A stretch of 64,000 nucleotides of DNA from Anaerolineales bacterium (GCA_014860745.1 JACZJC010000035.1:10354-74353), one strand, 5' to 3'. Positions 19,349-28,057 are shown, numbered from the stretch's first letter. Notes: generated by a model not told the origin, from the sequence alone. Numbers and translations: made by a program.

Positions 19349-20822
19349 TCAAGTATTCCAATATATCTTCTTCGAATATGGTGCGGGCGCGGATCGATTC
19401 GACGCCGTAATAATTTGCCGCGCAAACATTCACCCAATGTTCGGGGTTGTTATCGATTTCCTTCACATGGAACACGCCCGAAAAACTGGGAATGACAACC
19501 TCTTTTTCAGCGAGGGCGGCGTGGCGCAAAATATACGCGTTGCGCAGATCCCACAACTCGGCGCGGTGACGATACTCGGAGGCGTTGGCGCTGTACATGT
19601 TCACAGCCGCCCGCAGGGGATAGATGACGGCCAGCGCGGCGAGAAGCACAGCAACAACCCACTGCCAAAGCGCTGGGTTCGTTTTGAACCGAAGGCGGCT
19701 TAATGATAATCCAAATAATGCGCCTTCCAGCATGGCGGCAGCGATGATAAGCGTGCGCGCGAGGAAACGCATCCGTTCGACGGGGAATCCCTGCCCATAG
19801 ACGCTGGGCGAAAAACCAGCCGCGATCAACAGCCAGACCAAAATCGGGAGGAGCAGGACGGCAAAGGGCATCGCTCGTTTTTGACTTTGAGTTAATTCCA
19901 GGGAATTTTCCTGGCGGTGAAGCCAGACCAATAGCAAAGGAATCAGCATGGAGAGGATGGTCGGAAGCGGAAGAGTCCGCAAGGTATCGACGATAAAGAG
20001 ATAGCTGAAGAAAAACGAATTCCCCAGCAGGGTAAAAATATTCAAGGTCTTTTCCTGGGCCACGGTTGCGCTGGCAGGCGAGAGGAGCATGACGACCAGG
20101 CCAAGCAGCGCGCCCGCAAGGGATGCCCCCAGCAAGGCAAGGTATTTTTGTTTGAAAGAAGGTCCTGCAAATAACCAGGCGGCAAGTATCAGCAAAGGCA
20201 GGGCGGTGAGCATGGTGGCTGTGGGCGGTTCGGAAAAACCCGCAATGACAAAGGTTGCGAAAAAGAGGAAGAGATATGTGAACCAGGATGGCGAGCTGGT
20301 TTCGGAGAGCCGCGCCTGCCGCATAAAAAATGCAAAGAGGAAGGAGCCAAATACCAATGGCGCAAAATGGGTCATCATGGACGAGCGCCAGAAAACGGTC
20401 TGAAATAAGTTGGGGGCTTCCAGCATGCTGAAAAAACCAAGCGCCAGACCGAGGAACAAGTCGGTTTGAAAGGACCAGTTAATTTTGAGAAACTTCCGAA
20501 ATTCGCGCGCGCCCCAAACGAGACCGCCAAACCAGAGCACGATCATGCCGGTGATGGTGACCTGCAAATTATTTTCGCCAAGCCGCTCGCTAAAGCCGAC
20601 AAAGAGAATGTTCGAGTAGCGGTTGGCGGAACGCCAGGTGCCCACGGAGTAACGCTCGATCACGGCATTGAAAGGCGAAGAGCTATTGACGCGCACCGCC
20701 TCGCAGTAATCATCCGCAACATAGCGGGAGAACGACCCGAGGTAGGCGATCACAGCAAAATAAGCCAGGGGACCGATAATACTAATTAAAACAGCGAGGT
20801 TCAGCGGTTTTTTCAGATTCAT
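19341..20822 (-). CDS. Polytopic membrane protein, DUF6056/GT-C-like
   Basis: Many TM helices; acidic ADDYC motif after the first TM. Confidence 0.55.
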   Translation of the reverse strand: MNLKKPLNLAVLISIIGPLAYFAVIAYLGSFSRYVADDYCEAVRVNSSSPFNAVIERYSVGTWRSANRYSNILFVGFSERLGENNLQVTITGMIVLWFGGLVWGAREFRKFLKINWSFQTDLFLGLALGFFSMLEAPNLFQTVFWRSSMMTHFAPLVFGSFLFAFFMRQARLSETSSPSWFTYLFLFFATFVIAGFSEPPTATMLTALPLLILAAWLFAGPSFKQKYLALLGASLAGALLGLVVMLLSPASATVAQEKTLNIFTLLGNSFFFSYLFIVDTLRTLPLPTILSMLIPLLLVWLHRQENSLELTQSQKRAMPFAVLLLPILVWLLIAAGFSPSVYGQGFPVERMRFLARTLIIAAAMLEGALFGLSLSRLRFKTNPALWQWVVAVLLAALAVIYPLRAAVNMYSANASEYRHRAELWDLRNAYILRHAALAEKEVVIPSFSGVFHVKEIDNNPEHWVNVCAANYYGVESIRARTIFEEDILEYLSE

Positions 20823-20888
20823 TATTTTGGCAACTCGTTTTATTTTTATTTCCTCAACTGAGTCTGTGAGCTCGCGGCGATAACAGAA

Positions 20889-22463
20889 CTATGGACTGCG
20901 CAGGTCGTAGATCACGTAACCGTCACCTTCGGCAAAAATCGGGAAGGCGGCCAGTTTTTGTTCGAGGAAGGGCTGGCGCTCGAGGTCGGTAAAGTCGGTG
21001 ACTACGAATAAATCTTTTTTGGCGGCAAGCTCGGCGAATTGATTCTCAAAATCGGTTTGCGCGCCGCGCAGATCGTTGTGGTAGAGCTGGTCACCGTAGG
21101 TGGGCCAGGAGGTGATGCTGCGCCAGCCCCAGTAGGCCAGGCGCGAGCCGTAATCCTGCGTGAGACCTGCCAGATTATACCCGTCCACCTTTCGGCTGAT
21201 CTCGGCCCACATCTGCGCTTCGGGGCGGTAGTCCACCGAGTTCATTTGGGTGCGAATGTTCCAGAGAGACATGAAGATTCCAGTAAGCAGTAAACAGTAA
21301 ACAGTGAAGCGAAGCCAGTGAGTTGTGGTAAGTTTGGCGAGTTGTTTGAAAAACAAATCTGCAAGAGGCGCAATGGATAAAGCCGCGATGGGAATCAAGG
21401 GCAGAGAGTAGTAGTCGTGGGTGGAGATGTGATAGTTGAAGTAAATGCCAAAGAGGGCGTACCCAGCCCACAGCGAAAGAATGAAGCGGCGCCCTTTATC
21501 CACAAAGAAAAAGATTCCCAGCAGGGCAAACATCAAAGGGATGCCGCCGATGACGAGGTTGAGCATGTTCACCCATCCAAAGTAATACGATGGATTTAGA
21601 AAATAGGCGGGGATGAAACGTCCGCCGAACTGCTGGCCGAGATAACCCGCGATGAAGACTCCGTAGATGAAGTAGGCCGCGCCGGGCAGGATGCCAAGAA
21701 CGGTCATGACGTAAATTTGGGGCTGTTTCAACACCTCAGGCAGTGACCGACGCCCAAGCAGAAGCGCGCCAACACCGCCGCCGATGATGAAGAAGGCCGC
21801 GACGAATTTGATGAAGATGGCGAAACCGCCGAAGAGACCGGCGAGGATGGCGAAGGACCAACTTTTTAACCACGAAGGGTCACGAAGGGTCACAACGTTT
21901 TGATTCCTTTGTGTTCCTTTGTCTCCTTCGTGGTCGAGAGGTTTGTTTAATGTGTTCGCCCACTCGTAGATTGCCCACCAGAAGAGGATGATGAGCATGA
22001 CCATGAGCGGATCGGGTTGGAAGGAGCGGCTGGCGGTGACGGCATACGGGAGGAAAAGGTAGAAGGCTGTGGCGGCGAGGGCGCCGTCGGTGGAGGTGAG
22101 TCTGCGGGCGAGTAAAAAGAGGAAGACCGCGCCGATGACCCAAAAGGCGGAGGAATAGATGCGCGAGACCCAAAGTTGTTCGCCTGTGAATTTGTAGGTG
22201 AAGGCGACGATGCGTTCGAAGAATTCAGGCTCCACCGAGGCGCGGAATTTCCACTGCTGAATGGCAAAACTGCGCTCGTCGGCTGGGGCATCGGTGAGGG
22301 ATTGGTAGTACATGCCGCGGGCTTTGAGGGCCGAGAGCAATTGCCGCGTGGGGTGAAAATCGAGCGGCAGATCGGTGAGGTCGTACAGGCGGATGGCGAG
22401 GCCGAGGCCAAGGATGAGGATGAGGGCGGCTATCGAGGTGAAAAATGAGGGGCGCTCGTTCAT
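20889..22463 (-). CDS. ArnT/PMT-like (GT39/GT83) GT-C glycosyltransferase, paralog A
   Basis: DFHPTRQ first-loop motif, SRSFQPDPLM, HDYY; clearly paralogous to 30673-32205. Confidence 0.75.
   Translation of the reverse strand: MNERPSFFTSIAALILILGLGLAIRLYDLTDLPLDFHPTRQLLSALKARGMYYQSLTDAPADERSFAIQQWKFRASVEPEFFERIVAFTYKFTGEQLWVSRIYSSAFWVIGAVFLFLLARRLTSTDGALAATAFYLFLPYAVTASRSFQPDPLMVMLIILFWWAIYEWANTLNKPLDHEGDKGTQRNQNVVTLRDPSWLKSWSFAILAGLFGGFAIFIKFVAAFFIIGGGVGALLLGRRSLPEVLKQPQIYVMTVLGILPGAAYFIYGVFIAGYLGQQFGGRFIPAYFLNPSYYFGWVNMLNLVIGGIPLMFALLGIFFFVDKGRRFILSLWAGYALFGIYFNYHISTHDYYSLPLIPIAALSIAPLADLFFKQLAKLTTTHWLRFTVYCLLLTGIFMSLWNIRTQMNSVDYRPEAQMWAEISRKVDGYNLAGLTQDYGSRLAYWGWRSITSWPTYGDQLYHNDLRGAQTDFENQFAELAAKKDLFVVTDFTDLERQPFLEQKLAAFPIFAEGDGYVIYDLRSP
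21869..21934. repeat. 66-bp palindromic repeat inserted in frame in GT paralog A
   Basis: Terminal 10-bp inverted repeat accacgaagg...ccttcgtggt with internal cacgaaggg repeats; length is 22 codons. Confidence 0.7.
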
Positions 22464-22505
22464 GGGAGTGGTTATTGTATCGTGAATGGAGGGAATCGGA
22501 GAATT

Positions 22506-22610
22506 GGAGGTTAGTGATTGGAGATTGGAGAATGGTGATTGGAGATTAGGGATTGGAGATCGGAGATTAGAGATTAGGGATTGGAGATTGGAGATTGGAG
22601 ATTGGTAATT
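22506..22610. repeat. Tandem heptamer tract, 15 degenerate units, consensus GGAGATT
   Basis: Direct reading ggaggtt agtgatt ggagatt ggagaat ... ggagatt ggtaatt. Confidence 0.9.
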
Positions 22611-22634
22611 GAAAGTTAGGGAGAATTTTCTGTG

Positions 22635-22663
22635 TTGACCCTCCCTATGCGAGTGCGTATAAT
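22635..22663 (+). promoter_or_regulatory. Near-consensus sigma70 promoter driving the cassette array (Pc-like)
   Basis: TTGACC (22635-40) - 17 bp - TATAAT (22658-63), about 70 bp upstream of the first GTT core site. Confidence 0.8.
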
Positions 22664-22666
22664 TTG

Positions 22667-22741
22667 CTTATGCGATTTTAAGCTATTGCCGCCATCCATA
22701 AGCACTTATACGGAATGCGGCACTCTAATCCCGTGTTAGCC
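22667..22741 (+). other. attI-like recombination site
   Basis: CTCTAATCCCGTG|TTAGCC aligns with attI1 CCCTAAAACAAAG|TTRRRY, with CTAA at the same distance from G|TT; upstream direct repeats cttatgcg (22667) and cttatacg (22705). Confidence 0.6.
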
Positions 22742-22798
22742 CGTTTCGTTGAACAGATTCATCTCTGCAAACATTAACTCATATGGGAGATAAGTAAA

Positions 22799-23236
22799 AT
22801 GCTTGAAAAAGTAGATTGGTTCAGTTTTGTCTTTGGCGGTGTTGTTATTGCCTTTATTGTAAATATTATTTCCAGCTTTGCGCAGCCAAAAATTGAAACT
22901 TGGCTAGAGAAATATAATGCTAAGCGTCGGAATAAAAATACATCAATTCGGAAGGCTTTCGAAGCGGAAGTACAACGATTATCGGACAATAACCATGAAG
23001 AACTAGTAATAATTCAAACTAGAAATTTCTTCTCCATCTTATATTGTACAAGTATTGTCTTTGTGATGGGATTTCTTATAACAGCAATTATAACTACACA
23101 AAGTGCAACAAAATACTTTCTTTTAGTGGGTGAGTTAATTGCAAGTATATTTTCGATTCTACTAATGCAAAAAGTTAATAAAATCAGTCAGTTATTAAAG
23201 GCTGTCGGCAATCAAAAGAATAGACCAAAGGTCTAA
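22799..23236 (+). CDS. Cassette 1: small membrane protein, unknown function
   Basis: AT-rich ORF with 3 hydrophobic segments lying between attI and attC1. Confidence 0.65.
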   Translation: MLEKVDWFSFVFGGVVIAFIVNIISSFAQPKIETWLEKYNAKRRNKNTSIRKAFEAEVQRLSDNNHEELVIIQTRNFFSILYCTSIVFVMGFLITAIITTQSATKYFLLVGELIASIFSILLMQKVNKISQLLKAVGNQKNRPKV

Positions 23237-23259
23237 ATGTTTCCACCAAATCATGAACG

Positions 23260-23375
23260 GGCTAACACAGCGTGCGGCACGCTTCGCCGCGCTTCGTGTT
23301 CTGCTCCAAGCAGAGTCCACGCCTGCCCCAGCGCCAACGTCCGTAGGGCAAGTCCGCGAACGCAAACTGTTGGGC
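23260..23375 (+). repeat. attC site 1
   Basis: Left box (aacg)ggctaac, right box gttgggc; 116 bp; contains the ctgctc-caagcagagtcc module shared with the other sites. Confidence 0.8.
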
Positions 23376-23410
23376 TGTTCCTTGCATAAATATCTAAAAA
23401 AGGGAAAACG

Positions 23411-24385
23411 ATGTCGCAAAATATTTGTCCATCCTGCAAAAAAGAATTAGTCAACGATTTTCGATTTTGTCCCCATTGTGGATACGACTTGAAAAAGCCA
23501 GTTGTTTGTTCAAACTGCCAATATTCTAATGAAGGCAATTCTAAGTTTTGCCAAGAATGTGGCACGCCTCTCTATTCAACAAGCAATACAAAAGCAGAAA
23601 CAAAGAATGCAGAAGCAGAACCAGAAATCCTCGTAGGAATGGAACCTCCTTCAAAAAATGGAATTACGATTGAATTTCCATTTTCAACCGCACAGTCTTT
23701 TGATTTTGCAGTTGAAGCCGCTAAAAAATTTCCAACCTTTAAGAAATTTGGGCAAGATAAAAAGGCTCTATATCGAATTACCATCCAGCCTAATGAAATG
23801 GAGACTCTCGCAGAATTATTAGAGCATTTAAAAGGCTGGAGAAAAAGAACCGTTTATGTTAATGGGGAAAAAGTAACATGGGATTCTGTTTTTGCTTTTG
23901 GATGGTGTCACGAAAAGAAAAAAGCAAGTTTCAAACCTGAGTTCTATTGTTTTGGCTATGAAAATGAATATCAACTTAATGCTTGGGGTTGTATTCAGGC
24001 TAATTTATCGTTTACGGAAAATGCTCAATGGTTTTGTTGGGGAAAATGGCTGAGCGATAAAGGCGATTGGAAGTTTGACAAAGAACGTATTTTTCACGAA
24101 TTACAAAAGACGCTGTATCAATATAGGTTTTGTCCTGCATTACGCCCCGAACTAATTCAGGATGTTCTCAATGCGCTTCCAGATGTAGTAAATCCAACAA
24201 AAGATAAAAACTGGAAATTCGTTGAGAGATGGGGTGAAGAAAATTCTCCTGGTCTAACCGTGACTGTAAATCGTTTTGGCTTCAATGAAAAAGTTGTGAT
24301 GAAAGGCGTTTCGCCGAATGGGCAAGGCGCAATAAAAGAAATGGCAAAGCGCATGAAATTTCCGTTATCATATATAGGTAGATAA
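23411..24385 (+). CDS. Cassette 2: double zinc-ribbon protein with unknown C-terminal domain
   Basis: CPSC..CPHC and CSNC..CQEC zinc-ribbon pairs; AAAGGG SD. Confidence 0.75.
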   Translation: MSQNICPSCKKELVNDFRFCPHCGYDLKKPVVCSNCQYSNEGNSKFCQECGTPLYSTSNTKAETKNAEAEPEILVGMEPPSKNGITIEFPFSTAQSFDFAVEAAKKFPTFKKFGQDKKALYRITIQPNEMETLAELLEHLKGWRKRTVYVNGEKVTWDSVFAFGWCHEKKKASFKPEFYCFGYENEYQLNAWGCIQANLSFTENAQWFCWGKWLSDKGDWKFDKERIFHELQKTLYQYRFCPALRPELIQDVLNALPDVVNPTKDKNWKFVERWGEENSPGLTVTVNRFGFNEKVVMKGVSPNGQGAIKEMAKRMKFPLSYIGR

Positions 24386-24393
24386 AAAACACA

Positions 24394-24553
24394 GCCTAAC
24401 AAAGCGTGTACCCCGTCATCGCGCTGCGTGTGGTACGCTTCGCAGTCAAGAATTTCGCGCAACGTGGCTTCGAGTTTTTTTCTGCTCACAAGCAGAGTCC
24501 CCTCTCCAGCGCCACAGCCCGTAGGGCAAGTCCGCGGACGCAAACCGTTAGGC
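24394..24553 (+). repeat. attC site 2
   Basis: gcctaac ... gttaggc, 160 bp, shared internal modules. Confidence 0.8.
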
Positions 24554-24603
24554 AACCCGTCTTGATATAATAATACTCATCAAATTGAATGGTAGGAAAT
24601 GCA

Positions 24604-24882
24604 ATGCCAATCAAAGTTAGTGTATCTAATCAAACAGCCCATTTCCTTGACATGGTATTTACGTTAGGGTTGGGAATCGTCAGTTTGTATATCTCCATTT
24701 TTGTTGCCTCAGCCACTCGGCAAGAATCAGTATTCCTTGTTTTAGCAAGCATTGTTCACTTTTATTTTTTCAAAAAAGCCTTCCAGAATGAAGTAAACCT
24801 TTGGAGTTGGTCATTACCTACTATAATTTGGGCTATCCCTGCTTATTATTCTATTTGGATGATTATCAAATATCTTTTGTAA
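24604..24882 (+). CDS. Cassette 3: small membrane protein
   Basis: Three hydrophobic helices; AGGA SD before ATG 24604 (alternative start 24589). Confidence 0.6.
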   Translation: MPIKVSVSNQTAHFLDMVFTLGLGIVSLYISIFVASATRQESVFLVLASIVHFYFFKKAFQNEVNLWSWSLPTIIWAIPAYYSIWMIIKYLL

Positions 24883-25090
24883 GTAGTTCTCGGCTTGCCT
24901 TTTTTCTGTATAGTACTAGTAAAAGTAGTAAGTTACCTTTTTTCAGCTGGCGTTTTGGTTAGTATATAAAATTCCCGTGTTCAGCAAGCGTTTCAGTTGG
25001 CCATATTTTTTGGATTTTGGTAATAACAAAGTCGCGGGTAAAATCCAGTCTAGTTTGCGGTGTTGTCTTTTTTCTGCCAGCGGGCTGGTT

Positions 25091-25257
25091 GCCTACCAAA
25101 GCGTGCACCTCGTCTTCGCGGCGTGCAGCACCTACGGCAAACAGTTTTTTGGCTTCGAGTTTTCTCTGCTCCCAAGCAGAGTCCAAGCCCCAGCGCCAAA
25201 GTCCCGTAGGGCAAATCCATGATAGCAATACCCCTTCGGGGCACAAGCCCGTTGGGT
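25091..25257 (+). repeat. attC site 3 (left box mutated AAC to ACC)
   Basis: gcctacc ... gttgggt, 167 bp. Confidence 0.75.
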
Positions 25258-25308
25258 GGCTGGCACCGAAGTGCAAAAACCATCTTCAATCAAAGTAGGT
25301 AATCGAAA

Positions 25309-25803
25309 ATGATTTACTTTATTCGTGGCAAAGAAAGCGGCAATATCAAGATTGGCTTTTCGATTAACCCTGATAAGCGTAAATCTAATTTGCAAACAGC
25401 CCATTACGAAGAACTTGAGTTTATCGGGATTATGAATGGTTCTTTGGATGATGAAGCAAGAATAAAGAAGATGTTTTCAGAATTCAATATTCGGGGTGAA
25501 TGGTATCGCCCAGTTCGAGAAGTAATGGATTATGTAAAAAAGAATGCCAACAAGCCAAAAATGAATATTGTTTCGAGTCTTGGAAACGATGAATACAGAA
25601 TCATACTTGCTGAACCCATTAAATACACAATGAATTTTTTCCTTTTGGCAGGTACTCACAATATGAGAGTTTTGAGTGATAAAGAATTAGAAATGGTATT
25701 TGGTATTGAAGGAAAAAAGAAAGTTTTATTGAGTTGGCTAGAAAGTCTTCAAGTTGTCACCAAAGAAGCGATGGATGAGTTTGAATCATTGATGACGGAC
25801 TAG
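25309..25803 (+). CDS. Cassette 4: GIY-YIG superfamily nuclease (T5orf172/MUG113-like)
   Basis: N-terminal IYFI..IKIGFS.NP.KR..LQT..E.....F....RGEW pattern. Confidence 0.75.
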   Translation: MIYFIRGKESGNIKIGFSINPDKRKSNLQTAHYEELEFIGIMNGSLDDEARIKKMFSEFNIRGEWYRPVREVMDYVKKNANKPKMNIVSSLGNDEYRIILAEPIKYTMNFFLLAGTHNMRVLSDKELEMVFGIEGKKKVLLSWLESLQVVTKEAMDEFESLMTD

Positions 25804-25928
25804 CATTTTGTTTTACAGTTTTTGGGAAGATTATTTTTTGTCCTTGCCAAAGGTCAAGGTAAATGTAATAATTTTGTCAAAATGGCGGTGTCGTTTTTTT
25901 TAGCCAGCGAGTCTTGCAGTCAAACGCC

Positions 25929-26069
25929 GCCCAACAAAGCGGCATCCCGTCTTCGTTTCGTGTCAAGCATTTCGCGAAAGGTGGTTTCGAGTTTTTTCTG
26001 CTCCCAAGCAGAGTCCATGCCCGAGTGTCAAAGCCTCCTTGAGGGGATGATATCGCAAGCCCGTTGGGC
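25929..26069 (+). repeat. attC site 4
   Basis: gcccaac ... gttgggc, 141 bp. Confidence 0.8.
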
Positions 26070-26105
26070 TGCAAAACAATATCTGTAAGTGAAAGGAAGA
26101 TAATC

Positions 26106-26516
26106 ATGAATATGAAACGCGTAGCAGCATTTATATATGCAATTGTTTCCACAGGCGTCGTTGCCTTTCAAATCGCATTGGCGGCTGGCGCACCTTTGGG
26201 TGCGTATGCGATGGGGGGTGCTTTTCCAGGTCAGTTTCCACCCGCACTTCGCATCGCAGCACTCGTCCAAGCGGCATTGCTTGTTGGAATGGTTTTTGTT
26301 GTGTTGGCCCGGGCAGGGCTCATCTTACCTGGTTGGTCGCGAGTGACACGTTGGCTCGTCTGGTTCGTCGTGGCGTTTGCCGCGTTGAGTTTATTCCTCA
26401 ATTTAATTACACCAAGTGCAAGTGAGCGAGCCATTTGGGCGCCCACAGCACTGCTCTTGCTGTTAAGCAGTGCTGTAGTGGCTTTCAGTAAATCTACAGA
26501 ACCCCCTGCTCGATAA
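26106..26516 (+). CDS. Cassette 5a: four-helix membrane protein
   Basis: Hydrophobic ORF with GAP.G..AMGG..PG motif; GAAAGGA SD before ATG 26106. Confidence 0.7.
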   Translation: MNMKRVAAFIYAIVSTGVVAFQIALAAGAPLGAYAMGGAFPGQFPPALRIAALVQAALLVGMVFVVLARAGLILPGWSRVTRWLVWFVVAFAALSLFLNLITPSASERAIWAPTALLLLLSSAVVAFSKSTEPPAR

Positions 26517-26580
26517 CGCATGCAGCGCGCATCATTCGCCCAAAATTAAATTTCGGGCGAATGATCAAGGAGTAAAAGCC

Positions 26581-27201
26581 ATGACAATCAGTAAATGGGC
26601 TGGGGTTGCATCGTTTTTACTAGCAGTGTCATTTGTTGTTGCACCATTGATCTACCTAACTGGAAATTTGCGAGATACCCTTGGCGTATTTACATATAAT
26701 CTGGCAGATTTTCTTTATGGCCCAGTTGTATCAGCCAGTCTAATCACTGTGGTCTATGTGCTTCGTGAACGCATCGGCGAGAGTGCGTTTCGGCGCATGG
26801 ACCTGGCGCTCCTGGCGGCTGTCCTTTCAGCAGCAGGCATGGCGGCAGTCGCTTTTATCCGTGCATCTAATCGCCACTACCATTTGATACATCCTGAGCT
26901 GCATTTGGAAAACTCTACAACTGTCCTCATCGTTTGGACTACGCTTGTGACAGGCGTGAACGCGATCGGATTTCATTTTCTAGGATGGACGTTTGTGTTA
27001 CTTGGCTCAGCCAGCTGGACATCTCGCCTCTTTCCCCGCCCGTTAAATGTATTGTATTTTCTAGCAGGTGTCTCGTCCCTGTTTGTTTATCTGTTTCCAG
27101 AACTCGAAGGATTTGTTTTATTGCTTGGCACTATAATAGGTGTCTGGCAGGGTATTTTGCTCTGGAATCATGACACCTTCCAATACGCAAAAGCAGGCTG
27201 A
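26581..27201 (+). CDS. Cassette 5b: polytopic membrane protein (DUF4386-like)
   Basis: About six TM helices; AAGGAG SD; stop codon overlaps the attC5 left box. Confidence 0.7.
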   Translation: MTISKWAGVASFLLAVSFVVAPLIYLTGNLRDTLGVFTYNLADFLYGPVVSASLITVVYVLRERIGESAFRRMDLALLAAVLSAAGMAAVAFIRASNRHYHLIHPELHLENSTTVLIVWTTLVTGVNAIGFHFLGWTFVLLGSASWTSRLFPRPLNVLYFLAGVSSLFVYLFPELEGFVLLLGTIIGVWQGILLWNHDTFQYAKAG

Positions 27202-27325
27202 CACAGCGTGCAGCCCGTCTTCGCTTCGCTCCGCGCCCTTGCAGGATGCTGCCTGCCGCTGGTGACTTCCCCTTCGCTGCGGGGATGATATCGCAATACC
27301 CCTTCGGGGCACAAGCCCGTTGGGC
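27196..27325 (+). repeat. attC site 5 (degenerate left box GGCTGAC)
   Basis: ggctgacacagcgtgc (compare attC1 ggctaacacagcgtgc) ... gcccgttgggc; 130 bp. Confidence 0.7.
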
Positions 27326-27371
27326 AGTTCCTTGCATAAAAACCATCCATTTTGAATAGAAAATCATTTTC

Positions 27372-28010
27372 ATGGCATTAATCATTTTCGACTTTGACGG
27401 CGTTCTTGCGGATACTCTTAATGACTTAATTCAGTTTGGACAGGAAGTTTGTGACGAATTAGGTATAAAACACGCGGTAAATAAAGATGACCTGAGCAAT
27501 CTTGAGATTATGTCCTTCGCAACATTTGGGCGGGCGTGCGAAGTCCCTGAACATCTTGTGGATGAATTTGTCCAAAGGTGCTTGAAACGTTTCGCCGAAA
27601 AGGAATCCCCGCCTGCCATTTTCAATGGGTTGAGCGATATTGTCAGAAATTTTGCCATTAAGAACAAGCTTGCCATTATCACAACCAATTCATCGCAAAA
27701 TGTAAATGCTTTTCTTATCGAACACGGTCTGGATGAATGTATTCATGCAGTGTTCGGAATCGATATTCCTGGTTCCAAGGCACAGAAAATATCGATCGCA
27801 CGGGATCAGTTTTCAGCGGATTCAGAGCGGGAATCGGTGTTTATGATTGGCGATTCGTTAAGTGATGTTCTTGCAGCAAAAGAAGCGTCAGTTACCAGCA
27901 TTGCAGTTACATGGGGGCATCAGAGTTTGGAACATTTACTTCGCGGTGATCCCGATTATGTGGTTCATTATCCGCTGGATCTTATTGAGGTGATTGAAAG
28001 AACAGCATAA
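27372..28010 (+). CDS. Cassette 6: HAD family hydrolase (phosphoglycolate phosphatase-like)
   Basis: DFDGVLAD motif I, TTN motif II, IGDS..D motif IV. Confidence 0.88.
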   Translation: MALIIFDFDGVLADTLNDLIQFGQEVCDELGIKHAVNKDDLSNLEIMSFATFGRACEVPEHLVDEFVQRCLKRFAEKESPPAIFNGLSDIVRNFAIKNKLAIITTNSSQNVNAFLIEHGLDECIHAVFGIDIPGSKAQKISIARDQFSADSERESVFMIGDSLSDVLAAKEASVTSIAVTWGHQSLEHLLRGDPDYVVHYPLDLIEVIERTA

Positions 28011-28057
28011 GAGAGGCGTCTTTTCACTTGTCATGGCACTATATGAAAAACCGCCAA

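Noticed and set aside
22464-22634. intI or intI remnant upstream of attI
   Set aside because: No ORF or tyrosine-recombinase motif in any frame; only the heptamer tract.
22691-22715. dif-like site (ATAA..TTAT)
   Set aside because: The central spacer is 4 bp rather than 6 and there is no XerD arm TTATGTTAAAT-like sequence.
24959-25404. ORFs spanning attC sites (also 23195-23565, 24157-24555, 25822-26270, 27118-27385)
   Set aside because: They read through the palindromic attC modules and share repeat-derived peptides, so they are artefacts of the repeat.
22506-27325. CRISPR interpretation of the repeated spacers or heptamer tract
   Set aside because: Repeats vary in length and sequence, are separated by whole genes, and there are no cas genes or constant-length spacers.
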